This document shows, one piece after another, positions 18,871 through 26,590 of a stretch of 64,000 bases of DNA (within the stretch, counting starts at the first letter, position 1; every line of letters starts with the position of its first letter). The stretch is from Candidatus Omnitrophota bacterium. GTDB taxonomy: Bacteria; Omnitrophota; Gorgyraeia; Gorgyraeales; Gorgyraeaceae. Under the pieces are notes generated by a model. That model did no database searches and was not told the origin of the DNA. It saw nothing but the letters and a program-made list of their open reading frames with translations. The DNA lies in assembly GCA_043822665.1 (NCBI GenBank), contig JBDRBM010000050.1, forward strand, positions 22,038-86,037. The letters run 5' to 3'. Position numbers and translations under genes: made by a program.

Positions 18871-19998
18871 CTATTTCCCCGCGGCCATAACTGCCTGACC
18901 CAAAGCAATATTCCCATCGTGGGCAGGTAAGCTTTTATGACAATACACATTGAATCTCTCCTTTACCAGAAGAAGCCTAATGCGCGCTATCAAATAGCTA
19001 TTCTGAAATACCCCGCCGCTCAGACATACTTTGTTTACCCTGTATTTCTTTCTCAATAAGAGGCAAACATCTTTTACCATATGACAAACAGCATTATGAA
19101 ATTTCAATGAAATCTCACTTTTACTCTTTTTACTTTTCAAATCCTCAACAACCCCTTTAATCACAGGCGCCCAATCAATTATAATTAATCCTTTGCTGTC
19201 TAAATACTTAAAATCGTATCCTCTCTTATAGCTGATATCCGATAGCTGACAGCTGACAGCCTTCTCTAGTTCAATCGCCGCTTCGCCTTCATAATCCGCC
19301 TTATCGCAAACCCCTGCCAGCGACGAAACAGCGTCAAATAGCCTTCCCATGCTGGATGTAAGCGGGGAATTTATCTTCTTGTCTATAATCTGAGAGATAA
19401 GCTCTATTGACTGCTTATCTAATCTGCTGACAAATTCCCCGGCCGAAATGTAAAGCCTCCTGCCGTATGTACTATAAAGGTAACTTACTGCCATGCGCCA
19501 TGGCTCTCTGACAGCTGCTTCAGCGCCTGGCATAGGGATATATTTTAAATGCGCGGCCCTTTTAAATTTTTTTACAGTACCAATAAAAAATTCTCCGCCC
19601 CAGATATTCCCGTCCAAGCCAAAACCTGTACCGTCAAACGCGACACCTATTACTCTGCCGCTAACTTCATTATCAGTTATACAGCTTGCTATGTGCGCTT
19701 CGTGGTGCTGAACATTCTTTACTTTCCCGAGCATCATCTTGTTTGCATATTTTGATGTAATATATTCGGGATGAAGATCGCAGGCTACTATATCCGGTTT
19801 AATTCTGATTCTATTTTGAACTCTCTTTATATGCCGCTGGAAATTCGCAAAATTTTCCATGTCTCCCATGTCCCCGAAAGACTCATAAAAATAGGCGTTA
19901 TCCTTGTTCAAAAAACAAAAACTACCCTTTGACTGCGCGCCCAGCGCAAGAATTGTATTGCTTTTTCGCATCGGGAGTTTTACTTTAATATGCTTCAT
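18871..19998 (-). CDS. hypF: HypF, Kae1-like C-terminal domain only
   Basis: DLHPEY, QHHEAH, DGTGFG.DG.IWGGE, SSMGRLFDA, SGGVFQN, DGNIALGQ; no acylphosphatase, Zn-finger or YrdC-like domains. Confidence 0.85.
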   Translation of the reverse strand: MKHIKVKLPMRKSNTILALGAQSKGSFCFLNKDNAYFYESFGDMGDMENFANFQRHIKRVQNRIRIKPDIVACDLHPEYITSKYANKMMLGKVKNVQHHEAHIASCITDNEVSGRVIGVAFDGTGFGLDGNIWGGEFFIGTVKKFKRAAHLKYIPMPGAEAAVREPWRMAVSYLYSTYGRRLYISAGEFVSRLDKQSIELISQIIDKKINSPLTSSMGRLFDAVSSLAGVCDKADYEGEAAIELEKAVSCQLSDISYKRGYDFKYLDSKGLIIIDWAPVIKGVVEDLKSKKSKSEISLKFHNAVCHMVKDVCLLLRKKYRVNKVCLSGGVFQNSYLIARIRLLLVKERFNVYCHKSLPAHDGNIALGQAVMAAGK

Positions 19999-20081
19999 AT
20001 AGAATTTATTATAAAAGCCTATTTTGTCATTTCATTTTAACGAGGTTTTGAAAATTGCCTAATTTTAAGGGTAGGTAGCGG

Positions 20082-21116
20082 TTATTGTAAGTTATCCTTG
20101 GCCTGCCTGGAGACAAGAGCAAGTTTATTAATAATAATGCCTGCCAGATCCTGAGAAAGCGTACCCATCCCGCAGCTTGGCGTGATAAGGGAACGGGATA
20201 ATAATAAATCCCGGGAAATCTTTTTCTTCTCCAGCTTATCTATCTCAGCGGAAAGCCTGAAAAAAAGCGTCTCTTCTGTCTCTTTTACGACTGCTTCAGA
20301 CGTCGGGATTATGCCCCACGCAAGATAGCCGCCTCTTTTTAAAAACCTTGTTATCTCATCGGGGTAAAGTGAAAGGCCCTCGGCATAGGCATAGGCATCA
20401 AAATTTATAACATCAACTTCTGTCTCCGCAAGGAGCGACCAGTCTGTATTGCCACAACAATGAATCGCGCTCAATGCGCCTTTGGAATGTATCTTCTCTA
20501 TGATGGAATTCAGCATCAAAATAACCTCCTGGCGCTCTATGCTCACAAAGCTCGAACCAAAACTTGTCAGGTAAGGCTCATCGATGAAAATGATAACATT
20601 GTTGGAAATTTCTTTCAATCTCGCTATCTGAAAACCAGCCTTTATCTCCAGTAGTTTGATAAAACCTTCCTTAAGCATGTCATTATATATAATCGATTTA
20701 CCTTTCTCATCAACCACGCTGAGGCCAAAACTGACAGGACCTGTGATCTGGCCTTTTACATAACCAGGATTAAATCCTCCTGCCAGCTCAAGAAATTTAT
20801 AAAATCCTTCCGCTGATTCTCTTGAAAGACCAAGCAGCTCATAGTCACCCGAGAGGTATGTCTCATATATCTTTCCCAGCCCTTCGCTCAGATCTTTTGT
20901 AGTATCTACGAATATTTTCCGATTTTTCTCATCTATTATTAAGGCTGGCAGGCCCTCGGCAAACTGGACATACATGCTTTCTTTAAATCCCTTTTTGGGA
21001 AGCTGGGGCCAGAAAGGTATATCAAATCCAGCGCATATCTCCCTGACACCTTTTATGGCGTCCAGATACGGCAGACTGCCTATGCCGGTAGTTAAAAATC
21101 TTTCCTTTATTTTCAT
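20082..21116 (-). CDS. Core (single-domain MetE-like) methionine synthase
   Basis: TGIGSLP, KGQITGP, FIDEP, IHCC and TPSCG zinc ligands. Confidence 0.75.
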   Translation of the reverse strand: MKIKERFLTTGIGSLPYLDAIKGVREICAGFDIPFWPQLPKKGFKESMYVQFAEGLPALIIDEKNRKIFVDTTKDLSEGLGKIYETYLSGDYELLGLSRESAEGFYKFLELAGGFNPGYVKGQITGPVSFGLSVVDEKGKSIIYNDMLKEGFIKLLEIKAGFQIARLKEISNNVIIFIDEPYLTSFGSSFVSIERQEVILMLNSIIEKIHSKGALSAIHCCGNTDWSLLAETEVDVINFDAYAYAEGLSLYPDEITRFLKRGGYLAWGIIPTSEAVVKETEETLFFRLSAEIDKLEKKKISRDLLLSRSLITPSCGMGTLSQDLAGIIINKLALVSRQAKDNLQ

Positions 21117-21186
21117 AATTACCTATTCTAACACCCTGAGCTATCTCGGTCAATTTTAATATAACGTATATTAAATTTGACTTATC

Positions 21187-21224
21187 CACAATGTAGGTGA
21201 CCCTTAAGGGTCACCTACATTGTG
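21187..21224. repeat. 38-bp perfect palindrome (family B)
   Basis: CACAATGTAGGTGACCCTTAAGGGTCACCTACATTGTG; the core plus one flank recurs inverted at 61562-61607. Confidence 0.85.
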
Positions 21225-21334
21225 CCCTTGCCAGAGCAAAAAGACGAACAAGCGCAGACGAGTTATAAATCGCATCGGACAACGGAAGTTCTCAGTGCCG
21301 AATGATCTCAGGCTGACTTAGATATAGCATTGGC

Positions 21335-21583
21335 TTATTTCATCTTCAGGTGCTTTCCTAACTCGCTTATAACGTATTTTCGCGTCATGCGGCCCTGCGT
21401 ATCATATCTGTAAACTATCGCGTTATCCTTGTCCAAAAAATACATCACATTGCTTTCTCCTGAAAACAATAAATTAGCGGGAAGTAACGGCTGGCAGGTT
21501 ACCCTTTTTGAAAAAACTGAGAAAAGGAGCCATGCGCAGATAAAACCTATCGCGAATATCAGGGCCTTATTTTCTTTAACCAT
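21335..21583 (-). CDS. Small hypothetical membrane/exported protein
   Basis: N-terminal hydrophobic helix; GGAGGA RBS; overlaps the bioD end. Confidence 0.6.
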   Translation of the reverse strand: MVKENKALIFAIGFICAWLLFSVFSKRVTCQPLLPANLLFSGESNVMYFLDKDNAIVYRYDTQGRMTRKYVISELGKHLKMK

Positions 21584-22230
21584 CTTATCCTCCTTCTTCT
21601 TCTATCCCTATTATAACAAACAACCCCCAGGACATTAATGCCTGAAAGTTCTTCTATTATTGAAGGGTTTGTTTTTACAGCAAGATCTTTTTTTATGCGG
21701 CTGGCATAATTAAATATCACGCCGGCTATCGTTATGCCTTCAGCCTTTAGCATGCCTATGGTCATAATCGTGTGGTTTATTGTGCCGAGGTTCGGCCTTG
21801 CGACTAGGATAACAGGCAATTTCATTTTTGATATCATATCGCGCACATAAAATATTCTTTTCCCTGTCTTTTTTAAAGGTACCATCAATCCGCCAATGCC
21901 TTCTACTATCATAATATCTCTGTTCGAGCAAAGCTCCTCAAAACTCTGCCATATAATACTCAAATCTATTTTCTTTTTTTCCAGTCTCCCTGCCGCAAGA
22001 GGCGCCAGCGGATATCTTAATGCCACCGGGTTTATAAGATTTAAATCTGCCTTGAAATAGGCGGCTTTTTTTAAAATCCTGGCGTCAGAACAAGCCCTCC
22101 TGACACCTGTTGCCACTGGTTTCATCACAGCTACCTTTAGCCCTTTACGCGAGAAATACCTTGCCAGGCACGCCGCGACTTCTGTCTTTCCAACGCCTGT
22201 ATCAGTCCCTGTTATAAAAAATCCCCTCAT
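21559..22230 (-). CDS. bioD: Dethiobiotin synthase
   Basis: ITGTDTGVGKT, MKPVATG, VEGIGG, LGTINHT. Confidence 0.96.
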   Translation of the reverse strand: MRGFFITGTDTGVGKTEVAACLARYFSRKGLKVAVMKPVATGVRRACSDARILKKAAYFKADLNLINPVALRYPLAPLAAGRLEKKKIDLSIIWQSFEELCSNRDIMIVEGIGGLMVPLKKTGKRIFYVRDMISKMKLPVILVARPNLGTINHTIMTIGMLKAEGITIAGVIFNYASRIKKDLAVKTNPSIIEELSGINVLGVVCYNRDRRRRRIRWLKKIRP

Positions 22231-23389
22231 TCTTTAGCCTCCGGAAAGCATCTATGGCTTTATCAATATGGGTATCTTTATGCGTGGCCATTATAGAAAC
22301 CCTTATCCTGCATTTATTTTTAGGCACTGTAGGCGGCCTTACGCCGGGCGCAAATATACCCATATCAAATAATCTTTCAGCTGTCCTCATTGTACTGGAA
22401 ACATCTCCTGTCAATACAGGCACTATTTGAGTCTCCGATCCCATTGTGTCAAAACCCAAACCTTTTAAGCCTGTTTTAAATCTTTCCGCGTTTTGCCATA
22501 ATCTTTTTCTTAAATCTTTATCTTTTATTGCTATTTCTATGGCCTTTATGCAACCTGAGACTATTGCGGGAGGCAGCCCAGTGGTATATATAAAAGATCT
22601 TGCCCTGTTACGTATATACTCTACAAGAGATCTGGATCCTGCTATATACCCGCCTAACGAACCAAATGCCTTACTGAGCGTCCCCATCTGTATATCCACA
22701 CCTTCTTTTATGCCGAAATGCTCGCATGTGCCCCTGCCTGTTTCACCAAGAACGCCGGCAGCATGAGCATCGTCTATCATTAACATCGCGCTAAATTTTT
22801 TTGCGATCCTCGCCAGATCAGGAATAGGCGCTATATCGCCATCCATACTGAAAACACCGTCTGTAATAATCAGTTTTTTCTTATACGCTGTTTCTTTTTT
22901 TAGGATCTCTTCTAATTTTCTTAGATTTTTATGCGGATAAACCCTGAGCCTTGCGCGGCTCAGCCTGACGCCGTCAAAGATACTGGCATGATTCAGTTTG
23001 TCGCATATCACAAGGTCATCTTCCCGGACAAGAGAGCTTATGGCGCCTACATTAGTCATATACCCGGTCGGAAAAACAATCGAGCGTTCTGTGTTTTTGA
23101 AATCAGCTATTTCCCGCTCAAGTTCCTCATGCAGGCTCATATTGCCTGAAATAAGGCGGGATGCGCAGGAGCCTGCGCCAAATTCTTTTACAGCATCAAT
23201 CTGAGCCTTTATTACTTCTGGATGGTTTGCTAAACCGAGATAATTATTAGAGGAAAAAAGGATTACTTCTCGTCCGTCGATTTTTACAACAGGGCCCTGG
23301 GCTGAATCAATTCTCTTCATCTCCTTGAAGAGCCCGAGTTTCCTTAATTCATCCAGCTCCTGCTGTAGCAATAAATCCAAGCCAACCAT
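22202..23389 (-). CDS. bioF: 8-amino-7-oxononanoate synthase
   Basis: SNNYLGL, NHASI, FSMDGD, DDAH, TLSKA (PLP lysine). Confidence 0.95.
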   Translation of the reverse strand: MVGLDLLLQQELDELRKLGLFKEMKRIDSAQGPVVKIDGREVILFSSNNYLGLANHPEVIKAQIDAVKEFGAGSCASRLISGNMSLHEELEREIADFKNTERSIVFPTGYMTNVGAISSLVREDDLVICDKLNHASIFDGVRLSRARLRVYPHKNLRKLEEILKKETAYKKKLIITDGVFSMDGDIAPIPDLARIAKKFSAMLMIDDAHAAGVLGETGRGTCEHFGIKEGVDIQMGTLSKAFGSLGGYIAGSRSLVEYIRNRARSFIYTTGLPPAIVSGCIKAIEIAIKDKDLRKRLWQNAERFKTGLKGLGFDTMGSETQIVPVLTGDVSSTMRTAERLFDMGIFAPGVRPPTVPKNKCRIRVSIMATHKDTHIDKAIDAFRRLKNEGIFYNRD

Positions 23390-23406
23390 AATTAAAAAAT
23401 TCTACC

Positions 23407-24354
23407 CTATCTTACTACCATGGGCATGAATTCTGTTGAGCCAAACATGCCGTATATTCTGTGCTTCTTAAGCCAAAGCGCTCGTTTCATATAGCCAAGA
23501 GCAGGCCCTATCACATTGGCTGCCATGGAAGTCTCATCTCCGAGTATAAATCTGTGGCAGGATCGTTTACCTTCAAAGGTAACGCCTGTAAGTGTCATTG
23601 TGGTAGAAACCGGTTTTTTAGCATGCCGTGTATCCATCACACCGCCTACTGAAACTTTATCAAGAGAATCAATAACACCTGCTTTTTTAAGCAGTATATC
23701 GTCAGCGTGTTCCATATCGCGAAGAACAAGCCTTCCATCTGTCTTATTCAAGAGTTGTTCCACCTCTTCATCAGTCATTCTTTTTGCCCTGTTAACTGTA
23801 TACCCCGGCAGATGCGCGATATCTTCTCTGATTGTTGCCTTGTACGCGTCCCAGTTGGAAATACCTACTCCCCACCAAATATTCACATCTTCGATCTTTG
23901 TAAACGACTGCGCCGCCAAAACTGCCGCGGCTGACAAAATGCCAGGTGTCGCGCCACATCCGGCTATATACACGCTCTTATTCCTCTTTAATCCCGGGCT
24001 CAATCTCATCATCAACCTCATTGCGCTCGTACGTTTTAACGCACAGGTAAAGACTCCGCTATAACCTGCTTTTATAAAGCGTTTTAACACGCCGGGGATG
24101 AATTCATTTGGCAGATTTGGAAGAGCGGCAAAAATTCCGTCATATCTATCTTTGAGCTTTATAATCTCGCGTATCGAATCCTTTGAAGGTTTCATCTTAC
24201 TAAGGTCATTTACAGTTATTCCGTCCTTACAATATAAATATCCGCGCGAATCGCAAATAGCTACAACTTTTGCCTCTCTTTTTTTTGCCGCGACTTCAAG
24301 ACACGCCCTGCCAATGCCTCCTGCTCCCAGCACCGCAATCTTAATCTTCTTCAT
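23407..24354 (-). CDS. bioU: BioU-like NAD(P)-dependent enzyme replacing BioA
   Basis: Rossmann GAGGIG, ALPNLPN, ALKRTSA, GCGATPG, EHADD, LGDETSMAANV; lies between bioB and bioF in an operon lacking bioA. Confidence 0.82.
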   Translation of the reverse strand: MKKIKIAVLGAGGIGRACLEVAAKKREAKVVAICDSRGYLYCKDGITVNDLSKMKPSKDSIREIIKLKDRYDGIFAALPNLPNEFIPGVLKRFIKAGYSGVFTCALKRTSAMRLMMRLSPGLKRNKSVYIAGCGATPGILSAAAVLAAQSFTKIEDVNIWWGVGISNWDAYKATIREDIAHLPGYTVNRAKRMTDEEVEQLLNKTDGRLVLRDMEHADDILLKKAGVIDSLDKVSVGGVMDTRHAKKPVSTTMTLTGVTFEGKRSCHRFILGDETSMAANVIGPALGYMKRALWLKKHRIYGMFGSTEFMPMVVR

Positions 24355-25327
24355 AATCCCTCCTATTAAGTTCAAAACCAAGATCCTTTACCATCTGTAA
24401 ATCCTCTTCCACAGACCTTCCTTTTGTCGTGAGATACCCTCCTATGATCATGCCGTTTGCTCCTGCCATAAATGCCATGGCCTGTAAGTCCCGCAGGCCC
24501 TGCTCTCTGCCGCCTGCTACCTTTATTATTGCTTTAGGCAAGATCAGCCTGAAGACCGCTATTGTCTTAATCGCCTCTAATGGCTCAACGGGTTTAACAT
24601 GCTCGAGCGGGGTGCCTTTTCCCGGATTAAAAATATTTACCGGAACACAGCCTATGTTCATCTCCTTCAACGTAAATGCCAGATTTAATCTTTCTTCAGG
24701 GCCTTCTCCCAGCCCTATTATACCGCCGCAACACGGCCTTACTCCTGTTTTTTTCAGCATACCAACCATGCTTAGCCTGCTGTCATAGGAATGCGTAGTG
24801 CATATATTTTTGTAAAATCCCCGCGACGTTTCCAGATTATGGTTAAACCTGTCAATCCCCAGCGCCTTTAACTCTCTAATCATCCCTATGTTAAGCTTGC
24901 CGAGAGAACAATCTACCTTGATACGAACTATTTTATTTATCTTCCTTATAGCCTCTTTTATTTTTTCAAATTCTTCTTCGGTAGGGCCTTTTCCGCTTAT
25001 TACAATGCAAAAATTTGATGCGCCTTGTTTTTTCGCGGCCTTGGCTGAGCCTATCATCTTACTGACACTTACCAGCGGATAAGTCTTGCGCCCTGTCTTA
25101 TATCTCGACGACTGGCTGCAGAATCCGCAATCTTCCGAACATAATCCGCTCTTGGCGTTAATCAAAGAACACAGATCCATCTTATTGCCGCAAAATTTCC
25201 TCCGTATTAAATCAGCAGTATGCATCAGGAGTAATAAATCTTCGCTTTTGGCGGCCAGGAGTTTCTCTGCTTCTCTAAATCCTAACTCTTTCCCGGAAAG
25301 TATTTCTTCAAGAATAGATTTAATCAT
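24341..25327 (-). CDS. bioB: Biotin synthase
   Basis: NAKSGLCSEDCGFCSQ radical-SAM motif, NHNLETS, AGGRE, GYLTT. Confidence 0.96.
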   Translation of the reverse strand: MIKSILEEILSGKELGFREAEKLLAAKSEDLLLLMHTADLIRRKFCGNKMDLCSLINAKSGLCSEDCGFCSQSSRYKTGRKTYPLVSVSKMIGSAKAAKKQGASNFCIVISGKGPTEEEFEKIKEAIRKINKIVRIKVDCSLGKLNIGMIRELKALGIDRFNHNLETSRGFYKNICTTHSYDSRLSMVGMLKKTGVRPCCGGIIGLGEGPEERLNLAFTLKEMNIGCVPVNIFNPGKGTPLEHVKPVEPLEAIKTIAVFRLILPKAIIKVAGGREQGLRDLQAMAFMAGANGMIIGGYLTTKGRSVEEDLQMVKDLGFELNRRDYEED

Positions 25328-25401
25328 AACGCTCTTAACTTGACGAAACTTACATTGTAAGAATCGTTAAGTTAAGGAAGGTAAGCTTTGGATATAGCTA
25401 T

Positions 25402-25454
25402 ATTTTACATTGAATATCTAAATTGTCAACCTAAGCATAAAATCAGGTTAACGA
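25402..25454 (-). promoter_or_regulatory. bio operon promoter overlapped by a BirA-like operator
   Basis: Minus strand TTGACA-16 bp-TAAAAT; TTGTCAACC-N14-GGTTAACGA at 25423-25454 covers the -35. Confidence 0.7.
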
Positions 25455-26444
25455 TCGGCAGGAATTGCGCTCTATGAGTTCAACCGGCAGGACTATCTTC
25501 TTACAGCCCTTGCTCTTGCCGGTTAATATGTTATGCAATGTTTCTGTAGCTACCATGGCCATTTTATGGAGCGGTTGTCTCATAGTAGTAATAGGAATGG
25601 GAGAAAAACTCAAAGCCAAGGGATTATCATCAAAACCCATTACAGACATATCTCCGGGTACACTGACTCCGGCTTCCAGGCAGACCTGTATAACACCAAC
25701 AGCCATTTCATCGCTTGCCGCGAATATGGCCGTGGGAGGTTTTTTTAATTTTATAAGCTCTTTTGTCGCTTTTATAGCTGAAGCTCTACCAAAATCTCCA
25801 TAACTGATATAGCTGCCTTTTTTTTCTATACTGTTTTTCTCCAAGGCCTTAATATAACCGTCCAACCTGTCTATGGCTACCTGAGATTTCAGTTCCCCTG
25901 TGATAGTAGCGATCATGGAATGACCCTGTTTTATAAGATACTCTGTGGCCTTAAAGCCTGCGTTAAAATTGTCTACGGCCACGCAGGATACAGGCAGATC
26001 TTTTGTCAGATAATTCATAATAACGCACGGCACTTTTCTCTCCAGTATATTATCCACCTGCTCCTCGTTACCTATAATATCAGAAAAAATGACCCCTCCT
26101 ACCGCTGACAGATTCAGGAAACTTTCGCCATTAGTAATATGCAGTAAGAGGTCCAGATTTAGTCTTTCGACAGCCAAACCCACGCCCTGCAGGACCTGCA
26201 GCGCGTAGAAAGAATGGAATATGTCAGTATATCTCGGTATAATCAGGCCTATGGCGTTATTGTATTTTGACGCCAGGCGCTGCGCGCTGACATTAGGATT
26301 GAACTTCAGATTTTTTACAGCGGCTTCGACCTTTATCTTATTCGATCTTTTTACGGTAGACAGTTTATTCATGACTCTTGAAACAGTTGCTATTGAAACT
26401 CCGGCTTCCCTGGCAACGTCTTTTATATTTACTATTTTATTCAT
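25443..26444 (-). CDS. LacI-family transcriptional regulator
   Basis: IKDVAREAGVSIATVSRV HTH; periplasmic-binding-fold sensor domain; GFDD. Confidence 0.95.
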   Translation of the reverse strand: MNKIVNIKDVAREAGVSIATVSRVMNKLSTVKRSNKIKVEAAVKNLKFNPNVSAQRLASKYNNAIGLIIPRYTDIFHSFYALQVLQGVGLAVERLNLDLLLHITNGESFLNLSAVGGVIFSDIIGNEEQVDNILERKVPCVIMNYLTKDLPVSCVAVDNFNAGFKATEYLIKQGHSMIATITGELKSQVAIDRLDGYIKALEKNSIEKKGSYISYGDFGRASAIKATKELIKLKKPPTAIFAASDEMAVGVIQVCLEAGVSVPGDMSVMGFDDNPLALSFSPIPITTMRQPLHKMAMVATETLHNILTGKSKGCKKIVLPVELIERNSCRSLT

Positions 26445-26475
26445 TTTTGCATTCTCCTTATATTCCTACAATTAA

Positions 26476-26540
26476 GCGTCATCCCTCGACTTTGCCCCTC
26501 GACAAGCTCGGGACTTTGCCCGGGACAGGTAAGATGGCGC
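26476..26540. repeat. Nested CCCTCGAC..GCTCGGG mini-palindromes
   Basis: CCCTCG-ACTTTGC-[CCCTCGACAAGCTCGGG]-ACTTTGC-CCGGG. Confidence 0.65.
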
Positions 26541-26590
26541 AGTCACCGCCTTGTGTTACCAATCCTGCGGTTCTTTGAACTTCCACGCAA

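Noticed and set aside
18871-19998. hypF pseudogene
   Set aside because: The ORF is intact with all Kae1-domain motifs, is coupled to hypC, and has no remnant of the missing 5' half upstream; treated as a short form
21182-21190. Perfect DnaA box TTATCCACA (also inverted at 61590-61598) as a replication origin
   Set aside because: Both are single boxes within the flank of the same family B repeat; no box cluster and no dnaA/dnaN context
21135-21312. 6S RNA or SAM riboswitch
   Set aside because: Length and closing stem are suggestive, but no recognisable 6S central bubble or SAM-I core, and the interior is a dispersed repeat; kept only as an unclassified element
23516-24064. 182-aa plus-strand ORF and similar antisense ORFs throughout (e.g. 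26553-27122, 39301-39789)
   Set aside because: They overlap well-supported minus-strand genes and carry no recognisable motifs
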